DNA of 64,000 nt from Candidatus Zhuqueibacterota bacterium (GTDB lineage: Bacteria > Zhuqueibacterota > Zhuqueibacteria > Thermofontimicrobiales > Thermofontimicrobiaceae): assembly GCA_049322915.1 (NCBI GenBank), contig JBMOPW010000014.1, forward strand, positions 1,018,774 to 1,082,773. Reading direction: 5' to 3'. The position numbers and the translations under genes were made by a program. Shown here piece by piece: positions 38,680 through 47,675 of this stretch. How positions within the stretch are numbered: the stretch's first letter is position 1; each line of letters starts with the position of its first letter. Under the pieces are notes generated by a model. The model ran no database searches. It was given only the letters and a program-made list of their open reading frames with translations, and had not been told where the DNA came from.

Positions 38680-39370
38680 ATCGCGTTTCTTCCTTGCTTG
38701 ATAAAATCTCCAGGCTTTGATCGCCGCAGTTGAACAGCAGATCCAGAACCGACATGTACGGCTCAAAATTGCCAAATAATTGCCGGTACACCGGGTGCGA
38801 ATAATCCTGAAACACGACATCTATATTGGCGTCGTGGTAGGTTTTCAAATTCATGTAGGATTTGCCCCCGGCACCAGCGAGATAGGTTGTCGCGCCAAAG
38901 TGTTGGGCTATTTTGACCAGCCGCTCATCCGGCGTCTCCGGCAGCGGCGGCAGTTGGGAAGCAATGTACACCGGCGTATGGATGTTCAGCAATTTCATCA
39001 GATGCTGAATGACGTAAATGTTCAACGCGGAGAGATACTCCCACCGGATCGTGAACAGGTCTTCTATCTCATTCCAATAGGTTTCGAAGAATGGCGCATT
39101 GTGGTAGCTGGTCATGATGGCGTGGACATGCTTTGCCCGCCAATCGCGGGTCGGGCAGATTTTCACATGCTGGATTTTCTGCCCGAAATGGTGCTCCACC
39201 GGCACCGTCAGCCATTGCCATCCCTGACTGGTTTTTATGCGGTTTCGGTTTTGCCATTCATTTTTTTTGAATTGAACATTGTCCAGCAGAACAAACATAT
39301 CCGCCTGCTGAATTTTATCGAAGAAACCGAGCCACGGTAAGTACTGAGGCTGATGCACGGCGAGGATCAT
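38639..39370 (-). CDS. WbqC family protein
   Basis: HQPQYLPWLGFFDK, WQNRNRIK, WLTVPV, YLAGAGGKSY, MSVLDLLFN. Confidence 0.9.
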   Translation of the reverse strand: MILAVHQPQYLPWLGFFDKIQQADMFVLLDNVQFKKNEWQNRNRIKTSQGWQWLTVPVEHHFGQKIQHVKICPTRDWRAKHVHAIMTSYHNAPFFETYWNEIEDLFTIRWEYLSALNIYVIQHLMKLLNIHTPVYIASQLPPLPETPDERLVKIAQHFGATTYLAGAGGKSYMNLKTYHDANIDVVFQDYSHPVYRQLFGNFEPYMSVLDLLFNCGDQSLEILSSKEETRYEYTGNWSASRRC

Positions 39371-39407
39371 AGTCATTCCTTTTCATTTTGTTCATGTGAA
39401 TTCAATT

Positions 39408-41027
39408 TCAATGATCGGCGCTGGGATCGCTTGCAAATATTGGATTTGAGGCAAGCACGGCCCAATTATTTCGATAGATTAAAAATCGGTAGTAGCTCTT
39501 TCGCCCGGCCGGTATGTCGCCGTCGCGAAAGGCAATTGTCCAGTTCCCTTGCCCATTCGGCTCGAAGCGGCGAATCGCCTGCCCGTTCCGAATGAGCTCC
39601 AAATGATACGTCCCCGGCTGTGTGAGCGTCAGGCTGATGCGGATTTCCGGAGGAAAAGCGCCGGAATACTCCTGCCCGGAGATGGCGACGCATCCGGCAT
39701 TGGCATCGCTGAGCGCGAATGTCTCAAGATGAATGAAATCCGCCGCGAAATTCCGGGTCGCGTACATGCGGCCCGCGCCCAGGGCATCCATGATGGCGGC
39801 CGCGCTCCGCTCCTTCGCCCAGACCGGCGTCAGCGTTTCGCGGAGCATTCTGGGATCGTCCTGTTCCTCGAAATCCAGTTCGCCGATAGCCCAGACCGGC
39901 CTGTCCCGTTTGCCCAGACAGTACTGGTTCAGCACCATGTCCCAGATTCCGCCGGGCCGGCCGACGTGATGCATGCCCTCCCAGAAAATGGCAAACCCGG
40001 TGTAGTTGAACGTCTGAAGCAGCAATTCCGGATACGGCAGCGTTTCCACGTCGATGCTCCATTCGCTGGAATGGTAATGCGCTTCCGGGTGCGCCCAGAA
40101 CGTCAGCCCCTGTTTTTCATTGACATAATCGATCAAATCCTGGTACGGGCCGGCGCCATAATCGCCGCTGTACAGAGAGTATTTCGTGGCTTTCCAGGGA
40201 TAGCCGGCAAGGACGGCCAGAACACAACCGACCATGCTGATCTTCAAGACAATGCCGGCCCATTTTCTTCGCCCGTCGCCCGGTTGTTGCCGTTTGACAA
40301 TCCGAAAGCTGTAAGGCAATTCATCCCGGAAATGGCTTTTCACCTGACCCTGCGGCGTTATGAAATTGGGATAGGCCCGATGATTCACCACGCGCAGCGC
40401 AGTCCCGGCCGAAGCCTTTGCCTTGTTCGCGCGGTGCATTCGCACAAAACAGCCCAGCGCAACGATCAGGCCGATCAGCCCGGCGACGCCGATGATGATT
40501 TTCACTCCGGAATAGGGACCGAAGCGATTGTTGAGCGGCGACGGCAATGCGTCCACATCCCCGGCGCGATTCAGGCCCAGAACCAGCACATGGCGATGCC
40601 AGTTTTTCAGCCGCAAATTATTTGAAACGAAGCTGCCTTCCCAGTGATAAAACGGGACGGCCTCGATGCCTGGAAAAATGATCACCCCGGGCGTTTGCTG
40701 GTCAATGGCGCGGATTGTGTCCAGATATCGCGCAGCGCCCAGTGTGTGAATCGAGGGCCGATGATGCCGGTATTTCAACGCATTTCTGAAAGGGAAAATT
40801 CCGTACTCGGCGGAGACATGATCGTGATCGGTGATGAAGGCCGCGTCCAGTTTCTGGGCGCTGAAAAATTCCGCCATCGTTTCCGGCGAATGCTTCCCGC
40901 CGCTGATCTGCGTGTCGCAGTGTATCGCAGCATTGAGTCGGATATAGCCGTCCCCGGCCTGGCATAAAGAAAGCACCCCCAGCGCGCCAAACAGAATGAT
41001 GCATCGATCGATGAAATTCCCGCACAT
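39408..41027 (-). CDS. PHP-domain (metal-dependent phosphoesterase-like) protein with internal TM helices
   Basis: IHCDTQISGG, ITDHD, GIEA, RHVL, WAHP, GELDF. Hydrophobic segments IIIGVAGLIGLIVALG and ISMVGCVLAVLAG. Start uncertain (41027 or 41075). Confidence 0.7.
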   Translation of the reverse strand: MCGNFIDRCIILFGALGVLSLCQAGDGYIRLNAAIHCDTQISGGKHSPETMAEFFSAQKLDAAFITDHDHVSAEYGIFPFRNALKYRHHRPSIHTLGAARYLDTIRAIDQQTPGVIIFPGIEAVPFYHWEGSFVSNNLRLKNWHRHVLVLGLNRAGDVDALPSPLNNRFGPYSGVKIIIGVAGLIGLIVALGCFVRMHRANKAKASAGTALRVVNHRAYPNFITPQGQVKSHFRDELPYSFRIVKRQQPGDGRRKWAGIVLKISMVGCVLAVLAGYPWKATKYSLYSGDYGAGPYQDLIDYVNEKQGLTFWAHPEAHYHSSEWSIDVETLPYPELLLQTFNYTGFAIFWEGMHHVGRPGGIWDMVLNQYCLGKRDRPVWAIGELDFEEQDDPRMLRETLTPVWAKERSAAAIMDALGAGRMYATRNFAADFIHLETFALSDANAGCVAISGQEYSGAFPPEIRISLTLTQPGTYHLELIRNGQAIRRFEPNGQGNWTIAFRDGDIPAGRKSYYRFLIYRNNWAVLASNPIFASDPSADH

Positions 41028-41114
41028 AACCCAAATCACAATGAAGTCAGCCGTTAATGTCCTGCACCTGCTCAACGTATCGTATCTGTTAAATCGACGT
41101 TTATTGAAAATTGA

Positions 41115-42371
41115 TTAGCAATGATGTACAATGTGTGAAAAATTAAACCGGGGAGAAGCCTGATTTTCAGCGCAGGAATGACCCGGGTCGTCTTCAGCGG
41201 CCAACCGCGAATAGAGCTGCTCCGTTCTATCGATCATGTTTTCGAAATGATAGTGGCGGCAGGTGTTCTGCGCGTTGGAGATGAAAGCATGCCTCATATC
41301 CGGGCAGGTCATCAATGTTTGCATGGCTGCGGCCAACGCCCGGGGCTGGTCAGCCGGGGCCAGCAGTCCATTGGCATTGTGCGCAATTATTTCGGGAACG
41401 CCGCCGACGCGGGTGGCAATGACCGGCACGGAACAGCTCATGGCCTCGAGAATGACGCGGCCTAATCCCTCGTTGCGCGAAGAGAGGACGAACACATCGA
41501 AGAGAAACATGAGGTCCGGGACGTCGGTGCGATTGCCCAAAAAAATCGTGTCATCGGCAATGCCCAATTGCCGGGCAACTTCCTTCAGTGCAGCGCTCTG
41601 GGAGCCATCGCCCACGACGACGAACTTTGTGGCGGCGCTGCCGGATTGCTGGTACAACCGACATGCCTCTAAAAAAATGTCGCAGCCTTTGACAGGCTCC
41701 AGGCGACCGACCCAGCCGATCACTTTCTCACCGTTCAGGCCGAGATGATGTTTCAATGCATTCAGTCTGCCATTGCCGGGATATTTCACCGGGTACTGAA
41801 TGCCGCACGGGATGACGGCGAATTTCTGTGAGGGAGCGATTTTGAAGTGAACATGATCCTTCTTCCCCAGCCGCGTCAAGGTGATGATTCGGGTGGTGCA
41901 CCTGGCCAGCAATCGCTCCAGGGCGATGAAGAATTGGGTGGACGCGCGGTTGAAATAGCCATAAAAGATGTGTCCGTGGGGCGAATGAATGCGCACAGGA
42001 ACGCCCCAGTAGGCAGCGGCCAGTCGACCTAAAATGCCGGCTTTGGATGAATGCGTATGAACGATGGTAGGTTTCAGCGCGCCGATCAGCCGGATGAGTT
42101 TCACCAGGGCGACTGCATCGAAATAGGGGTGAATGGCGCGGCGAAGTTCCGGCACCACGATGAGCGGAATTTTCCCTTCGCGGCGACAGGCGATATAGGC
42201 CGGGTGCGGATCGCGGGTCAAGCCGGTCACGCACGTCACATCGTAGCCGCGGGACTGCACCCCGGCGCACAGCGTCAGAACTGTGTCCGCAAGTCCGCCT
42301 TTATCCAGTCGGGTGACAATGTGCAGCGCTGTTTTTTTATGGTGTGTCATTGGCATGGCCACGTCAAACAT
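41115..42371 (-). CDS. Glycosyltransferase family 4
   Basis: VHTHSSKAG, VGRLEPVKG, VGDGS, SSRNEGLGRVILEAM. Start may be 42356 or 42350. Confidence 0.9.
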   Translation of the reverse strand: MFDVAMPMTHHKKTALHIVTRLDKGGLADTVLTLCAGVQSRGYDVTCVTGLTRDPHPAYIACRREGKIPLIVVPELRRAIHPYFDAVALVKLIRLIGALKPTIVHTHSSKAGILGRLAAAYWGVPVRIHSPHGHIFYGYFNRASTQFFIALERLLARCTTRIITLTRLGKKDHVHFKIAPSQKFAVIPCGIQYPVKYPGNGRLNALKHHLGLNGEKVIGWVGRLEPVKGCDIFLEACRLYQQSGSAATKFVVVGDGSQSAALKEVARQLGIADDTIFLGNRTDVPDLMFLFDVFVLSSRNEGLGRVILEAMSCSVPVIATRVGGVPEIIAHNANGLLAPADQPRALAAAMQTLMTCPDMRHAFISNAQNTCRHYHFENMIDRTEQLYSRLAAEDDPGHSCAENQASPRFNFSHIVHHC

Positions 42372-42431
42372 GATAGTATTTTACGCATATTTTTCAGACT
42401 AATTTGGGCAGAAAATTTTAATACTTTTTTT

Positions 42432-42467
42432 ATGACTGCTCAGCCACCAAGTCTCAAAGGCGCGAAG
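42432..42467 (+). repeat. End of a dispersed MITE-like repeat
   Basis: CAGCCACCAAGTCTCAAAGGCGCGAAG (42441-42467) matches the reverse complement of 57154-57180 at 26/27 nt. Confidence 0.8.
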
Positions 42468-42470
42468 ATA

Positions 42471-42519
42471 GCTGAAAGCTGATTGCTGATAGCTGACCGC
42501 TGAAAGCTGACCGCTGACA
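42471..42519 (+). repeat. Heptamer tandem repeat (GCTGANN)x7
   Basis: GCTGAAA GCTGATT GCTGATA GCTGACC GCTGAAA GCTGACC GCTGACA. Confidence 0.9.
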
Positions 42520-42590
42520 GCTATAAGCTTTTTACTTGAATTTACCTGCCACGCATTTTCCGAACCCGGGTCGGGCAGTTTTTCAGCGCC

Positions 42591-43751
42591 TCAGTACCGA
42601 TAGAACTCGGTGCATCGGGAGCAGACTGAAAAGCATCGGCGTTGCTTGACATGGCTTCGGAACGATCGATACCCCGGGCCATTCCAAATCTGTTTGAACG
42701 ATTGCTGCATGATATTGCCGGCGTTGAAATTCATGGAATGAAACGGACGGACGGAGCCATCCGGGAAAATATACGCCACCATCCACGGACTCAGGCAGCG
42801 ATAGGGGTAGGCGCCGGATCGGAAATCCCACTGCGAATAATAGGCGCGAATTTCTTCCGCAGGCAGATTGGGATAGAACGAGATATCGACGCCGTTTTTC
42901 AACCGGGTCAAATCAGAAATCTGGCTCAGCAGCGCGTCCACGTCCACATCCGGCAGACCGTCGCGCACAAATCCGCGCCAGTCCGTTGGTTCGGTCCTGA
43001 ATTGGCTGAGCAATTCGGCGCGGAAATTTTCGTACTGGCCGGCGTTGATGAAAATCAAATGATGAAACGTGATGGACTTCGCGCCGGTATTGCCGGCAAT
43101 TTCTGCCAGGGATTTCAAATGCCCCACGTTTTGCGGCGTGAGCACAGAAGTGATGTTGATGACCGGCCGGTCGCTGCCGCATCTGGCCTTCAACTCATTG
43201 ATCTGCGCAATGCCCCGGAGAATGGAACTGAACGCGCCGGGCTTGTTTCGAATCGCATCGTGAATCGGCTCAGGCCCGTCCAGCGAAATGATCAGTTCGT
43301 CCAACTGACTGTCGACAATCTGAGCCGCGAAGCGGTGCAGCAGCGTGCCGTTGGTGATGGCGTTCACGCGCAGCCGATGGTGTTTGGCGCGCTGAACAAT
43401 GGCGCTCCAATCCCGGTGCAAAAACGGCTCGCCCCCGAACAGAGTGATGTTGGGCCGAAACGAACGCACCTCATCCAGCAGGTCCAATAATTTCTGTGTG
43501 GGCAATTCATCTTCAGGACGCGAGCGCCGGTAAATTCCGTTTTCGCCCCACTGTCCGCACATGCTGCAGCGGAGATTGCAGCGATAGGTGAGGAACAGGG
43601 AGATGGTCTCCGGATGGGCGCTGTAACCGTTTCGGAACTGATACGTCAGATAGGAGCGCGCTCGCGACTGAAGCGCCCGCAGTGCATATCCCGGCTGGGA
43701 CAATGCTTTTTTCAGTGTCCGGGACAAATTACGTCGGGGAATGACTGGCAT
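42591..43751 (-). CDS. Radical SAM protein with SPASM/twitch-like C-terminal domain
   Basis: CNLRCSMC, FGGEPF, TNGTLL, SLDG...HDAIR, CLSPW..PDGSVRP..GNI..IWNG..CSRC. Confidence 0.9.
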   Translation of the reverse strand: MPVIPRRNLSRTLKKALSQPGYALRALQSRARSYLTYQFRNGYSAHPETISLFLTYRCNLRCSMCGQWGENGIYRRSRPEDELPTQKLLDLLDEVRSFRPNITLFGGEPFLHRDWSAIVQRAKHHRLRVNAITNGTLLHRFAAQIVDSQLDELIISLDGPEPIHDAIRNKPGAFSSILRGIAQINELKARCGSDRPVINITSVLTPQNVGHLKSLAEIAGNTGAKSITFHHLIFINAGQYENFRAELLSQFRTEPTDWRGFVRDGLPDVDVDALLSQISDLTRLKNGVDISFYPNLPAEEIRAYYSQWDFRSGAYPYRCLSPWMVAYIFPDGSVRPFHSMNFNAGNIMQQSFKQIWNGPGYRSFRSHVKQRRCFSVCSRCTEFYRY

Positions 43752-43753
43752 GG

Positions 43754-44932
43754 CTACGATTCCTCCAGAATGATCCGGGCGGCCTTTACCAATGCGCTGC
43801 GCGCCGCCAGCGGATGCGTGGGTATGAGCAGCAAGCGCTTCGCAAAATAGCTGGCATTGGGGAACGGATCCGGTTCCGCCGAATACCCCAGAGGATACGC
43901 CGGGTGATCGATGCGGTGAATCGGTTCCGGATAAAGCGTCGTCGCTTCGATGCCCGAATCCATCATGCGCCGGAGCGCCCTGTCGCGTTTCTCCGGCGCA
44001 TCGAACAGGAGCGGGAACTGGTTGTAGGCGATCCGCGTCCCGGGTAGCAGTTTCGGTAGATGGATGAATGATGCGCCCTGCAAGGACTGGTACAGATAAT
44101 CCCCGTTCTGCGCGCGCCGTTCCGAAATCTTCGCTTCATCGCGCAGCATGGCCGCGGCAAGATTCGACTGGAACGCCGGATATTGGTACCGTTCAAAGGT
44201 GGTGTGTAGATGCCGGTATTTGAATTTCCGAATGCACGGCTCAAGGATCGAATACACGGCAGGCCGGATGGCCAGTGTGTAACCAGCCGCTCTGGCAGCG
44301 AGAGCCAGTTTCTGAGAGGCCGTCAGTACGTTGAAGCGCCGGAGATCGTCGGTCGCAGATTCGAACCAATCGCGCCGGTTGGTCACCAGGCAGCCGCCGG
44401 AGAATGTGGTGAGATTTTTTCCGCGGTTGAAGCTGAAAAATCCAATATCGCCGAGACTGCCGGTGTAGCGGCCTTCGATCTTCGTGCCGAACGATGAGGC
44501 GGCGTCTTCGACGAGGGTGATGCGATGGGCTTCGGCGATGCCGCGCAGCGCCGACATATCCAGCGGCAGCCCGAACGAATGAACCGCGAGTATCGCCAGG
44601 GTGTTTTTTGAAATGTGGCCGGCGACGTCTGCGAGGTTCATGTTGAACGTGTCCAGAGAAATATCGCAAAGCACCGGTCGGAGCCCGGCCGCTGTGATCG
44701 GCAGAATGAGCGACGGCGCTGTATAGGCCGGCAGAATGATTTCACGGCCGGAGTCAGTTTGCTGCAGCGCGGATAAAATCAAATAAAATACCGCAGTCCC
44801 TGAGTTGGCGAAGCAGCAATAGCGGTTGCCGGTCAGGCGCGACATGCGCGCGGCAGCCTCGCCGTTCTTGCGAACGATGAGGCTCGCGAGCAAATCTCTG
44901 ACCGGTATGGGTGTTCCAATCGATGGCGTCAT
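43754..44932 (-). CDS. DegT/DnrJ/EryC1/StrS-family PLP-dependent enzyme (divergent)
   Basis: NSGTA, LPAYT, VHSFG, VEDAASSFG, FSFNRGK, LLLIPTHP. Confidence 0.85.
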   Translation of the reverse strand: MTPSIGTPIPVRDLLASLIVRKNGEAAARMSRLTGNRYCCFANSGTAVFYLILSALQQTDSGREIILPAYTAPSLILPITAAGLRPVLCDISLDTFNMNLADVAGHISKNTLAILAVHSFGLPLDMSALRGIAEAHRITLVEDAASSFGTKIEGRYTGSLGDIGFFSFNRGKNLTTFSGGCLVTNRRDWFESATDDLRRFNVLTASQKLALAARAAGYTLAIRPAVYSILEPCIRKFKYRHLHTTFERYQYPAFQSNLAAAMLRDEAKISERRAQNGDYLYQSLQGASFIHLPKLLPGTRIAYNQFPLLFDAPEKRDRALRRMMDSGIEATTLYPEPIHRIDHPAYPLGYSAEPDPFPNASYFAKRLLLIPTHPLAARSALVKAARIILEES

Positions 44933-44939
44933 TACTCGC

Positions 44940-45548
44940 TCATGGTTGTTGTTTGGCCCGAATCACGAAAACATAATCCCACGCCAATGGGAGCCACGGT
45001 ATCCGGACGGGAATTCGCTCAATGATCTCGCAGTTCAGCCTTTTCAGAATTGACCTGAGTTGTGACTGCGTAAAACCCTGAATGGGGAATCGCGCCAGCC
45101 GTGAGAAAATGGCGTATTTCAATTTCAGCAATACATTGGAGCCGTTGCGAATGTCAAGGATGATCCGGCCTTCCAGCCGGCAAATCCGGGACATTTCCGC
45201 GATCAGCGCCTGGACCTGGTGCGCGGATTTGAAATTCATCGTTGTGTTCAAACACAGCACTGCGCCGAATTGTGCGGATTTAAACGGCATGGCCAGGGCG
45301 TCGGCTTCGACGAACGAGGCATGACCGCTGCCGGTTTTCTCCCGGGCGCTCTGCAACAAGCCGCGCGACACATCCAGCCCGAACAGCCGGGCCGGCGACT
45401 GCTCACAGAGTTCGGCCAACAAAAGGCCATTGCCGCATCCGGCATCCAGGACCGGGGACTGATTTTTTTCGCGATGCCGGAGAGCTTTCTCCCTGACCTT
45501 TCGGCTGAGATAGCTGTTGAATGCATTTTCTTTGTGGTCGTTGTTCAT
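44940..45548 (-). CDS. Class I SAM-dependent methyltransferase
   Basis: VLDAGCGNG, GLDVS, ADALAMPF, EMSRICRLEG. Confidence 0.88.
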   Translation of the reverse strand: MNNDHKENAFNSYLSRKVREKALRHREKNQSPVLDAGCGNGLLLAELCEQSPARLFGLDVSRGLLQSAREKTGSGHASFVEADALAMPFKSAQFGAVLCLNTTMNFKSAHQVQALIAEMSRICRLEGRIILDIRNGSNVLLKLKYAIFSRLARFPIQGFTQSQLRSILKRLNCEIIERIPVRIPWLPLAWDYVFVIRAKQQP

Positions 45549-46699
45549 CCCATTGCAGCTTTCAATTGTTCAGCCAGTGCCTCCCACCGGAACGATTCGA
45601 TGCAGCGATTGCGGCCGTTCTGTCCCATCGTCTGCGCCAGGGCGCTGTTTTCCAGCAATTGAACGATGGCTGTCCTGATCATCTCCGGCGCTTCCGGATC
45701 CACCAGCAGGCCAGTGCGCCCGTGTTCCACCGCCTCGGCCGCTCCGCCATGATTCCCGGCAATGACCGGTTTGCCGCAGGCCGCCGCTTCCAGAAAGACA
45801 ATCCCAAAGCCCTCGATATCGCCGCGCAGGTGCGCATCGTTTTTCGTCTCCCGATTGGGAAGAATGAAAATATCAGCGGCGTTGTACAGCGCCGGCAACT
45901 GGTCGTTATCCACGCGACCGGAGAAAATGACGCGGTCGGTCACTCCCAATTGCGCGGCCATCGCTTTCAATCGCGGCTCCTCCCGTCCGGCGCCGGCGAT
46001 GAGATAGGTCAGCGCCGGATAGTCCCCGGCCAGAAGGGCAAGGGCGTGCAACACCATGTCATGGCCTTTTCGCTCATCCAGTCGCGACACCGTGAGCAGC
46101 ACCGGCTTTGACCGGAGATGGTAGCGCTCGCGGAAATCATTGCTGCCGGAAATTGGCCGGAAGAACCGGGTATCCACGCCGGGCGTGATGACCGTTATCC
46201 GTCCCGGGGCAATGCCGGAGCGAACATATTCCTGTTTCGTGGACTCGCTATTGGCAATAATGTTATCGGCATGTTGTAAAATTTTTTGTATCGCCTTTGA
46301 TAGCAGCGGGATTCTGCCGAAGCGGATGGATTCGGAGCCGCAGACGAAGACGATGTATCGCGTGGCAAAAAGCCGATGGGACAACCAGCCGGCCAATCCA
46401 GTCGAAAGCACCTGTCCGCAGAGCAGTGTGTTGATGTTCAATCGGGGGACAAGGATCAGCGCCCAGAAAGCGACGCAGACCATTTTCAGCAATTTGGCAA
46501 AACAGGATTCGCCGAGCGGCAACCGTTTCCGAATGACCCGGCATTCGAGGCTCCGGTCGACTTCGCGATCCCCTGAAGTGGCCGGCGCAAGTATGTTCGC
46601 GCTCCCGGCCGGCATCCAGCGCCAGAGCTGATAAAAATAGGTCGATATGCCGCTGATGATGGGCGGAAAATCGTTTGTGAGCAGAAGAGATCCGGACAT
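45545..46699 (-). CDS. Glycosyltransferase family 4 (PimB-like)
   Basis: TNDFPP..SGI, VSRLDERKG, EGFGIVFLEAAACG. Confidence 0.9.
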   Translation of the reverse strand: MSGSLLLTNDFPPIISGISTYFYQLWRWMPAGSANILAPATSGDREVDRSLECRVIRKRLPLGESCFAKLLKMVCVAFWALILVPRLNINTLLCGQVLSTGLAGWLSHRLFATRYIVFVCGSESIRFGRIPLLSKAIQKILQHADNIIANSESTKQEYVRSGIAPGRITVITPGVDTRFFRPISGSNDFRERYHLRSKPVLLTVSRLDERKGHDMVLHALALLAGDYPALTYLIAGAGREEPRLKAMAAQLGVTDRVIFSGRVDNDQLPALYNAADIFILPNRETKNDAHLRGDIEGFGIVFLEAAACGKPVIAGNHGGAAEAVEHGRTGLLVDPEAPEMIRTAIVQLLENSALAQTMGQNGRNRCIESFRWEALAEQLKAAMG

Positions 46700-46751
46700 T
46701 GTCGTGTCAAAAATTGTGGTGAAATTCCATTCGTCCCGGCCGGGATCTGTT

Positions 46752-47675
46752 TCAATCCAGTTGCTTTTGAATGCCGGCCGCGCGGGTCGGCACGGTCAAA
46801 AATGGGCTGTGGCTATCGCGAAAATAATAGCTTCGCATCCCGTCGAACAGCCCTTTGAGGCCGAATAACAGAACGCTGACCTGTCGGTGGCGCAGTCCAC
46901 CGCGGACAATATTGCCGATCCGAAACGCCATGAACAGCGGCAATGTAATGCGCTTGAAATTTTTGAAAAATAACAGACTGTAGTTGTGGCCATACCAGTA
47001 ATACCAGTGGCGCCGGGACCGCGGACGACATCCGCCATTGTCCGCTTTCAGATGAATGACATTGGCAGCCGGTTCGAAACGGATGGTGTAACCCAGAGAT
47101 TTCAGCCGCAGGCAGGTGTCGGTTTCTTCCAGAAACGCGGTGCCGCTAAATCGCGTATCGAAGCCATTCAACGTGCGGAGCGTTTCAGCGCGGAACGAGA
47201 GATTGCAGCCCATGCCGTGGTCGATTTCGGCTGGCATGTCGCTGTTGAAATTATCGACTTGCCGGCCGGTGATTTGGTTCATCGCGCCGACTTTGACGCA
47301 GTGCACCTCGCCGGAATTTTCAATGACGCGACCGGCAACGGCGCCCACTGCCGGATCGGAATAATTTTTCTCATGCGCATCCAGCCACTGCTGGCCGGGG
47401 ATGATGTCGTCATCGCAGAACAGGGCAATGTCTCCGCGCGCCAGGGCGAGACCAAAATTCCGCGCCCGGGGCAGGCCCCTGATTTCGGTGTGAAAATACC
47501 GAACGCGGGGATGGTAGTCCCAATGCTGTCTGTCCAGCGGATGGTCGCTCTGGTCAACCACGATGACTTCAAACGACGCATGGGTGAGTTGGCTGATCCG
47601 CCTGAGCGTTCCGGCGATCATCTCCGGCCGATTGTAGGTCGGGATGATGATGGAAAGGGTCACGGGCGTTGTCAT
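46752..47675 (-). CDS. Glycosyltransferase family 2
   Basis: SIIIPTYNR, VIVVDQS, ARNFG, FCDDD, GCNLSFR, EETD. Confidence 0.9.
   Translation of the reverse strand: MTTPVTLSIIIPTYNRPEMIAGTLRRISQLTHASFEVIVVDQSDHPLDRQHWDYHPRVRYFHTEIRGLPRARNFGLALARGDIALFCDDDIIPGQQWLDAHEKNYSDPAVGAVAGRVIENSGEVHCVKVGAMNQITGRQVDNFNSDMPAEIDHGMGCNLSFRAETLRTLNGFDTRFSGTAFLEETDTCLRLKSLGYTIRFEPAANVIHLKADNGGCRPRSRRHWYYWYGHNYSLLFFKNFKRITLPLFMAFRIGNIVRGGLRHRQVSVLLFGLKGLFDGMRSYYFRDSHSPFLTVPTRAAGIQKQLD

Noticed and set aside
39549..40625. 358-aa plus-strand ORF
   Set aside because: Antisense to the PHP-domain gene, which has motifs and fits the operon direction.
42471..42519. Short tandem repeats (also 48930-48980) considered as a CRISPR array
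   Set aside because: 7-nt units with no unique spacers, and no cas genes in the window.
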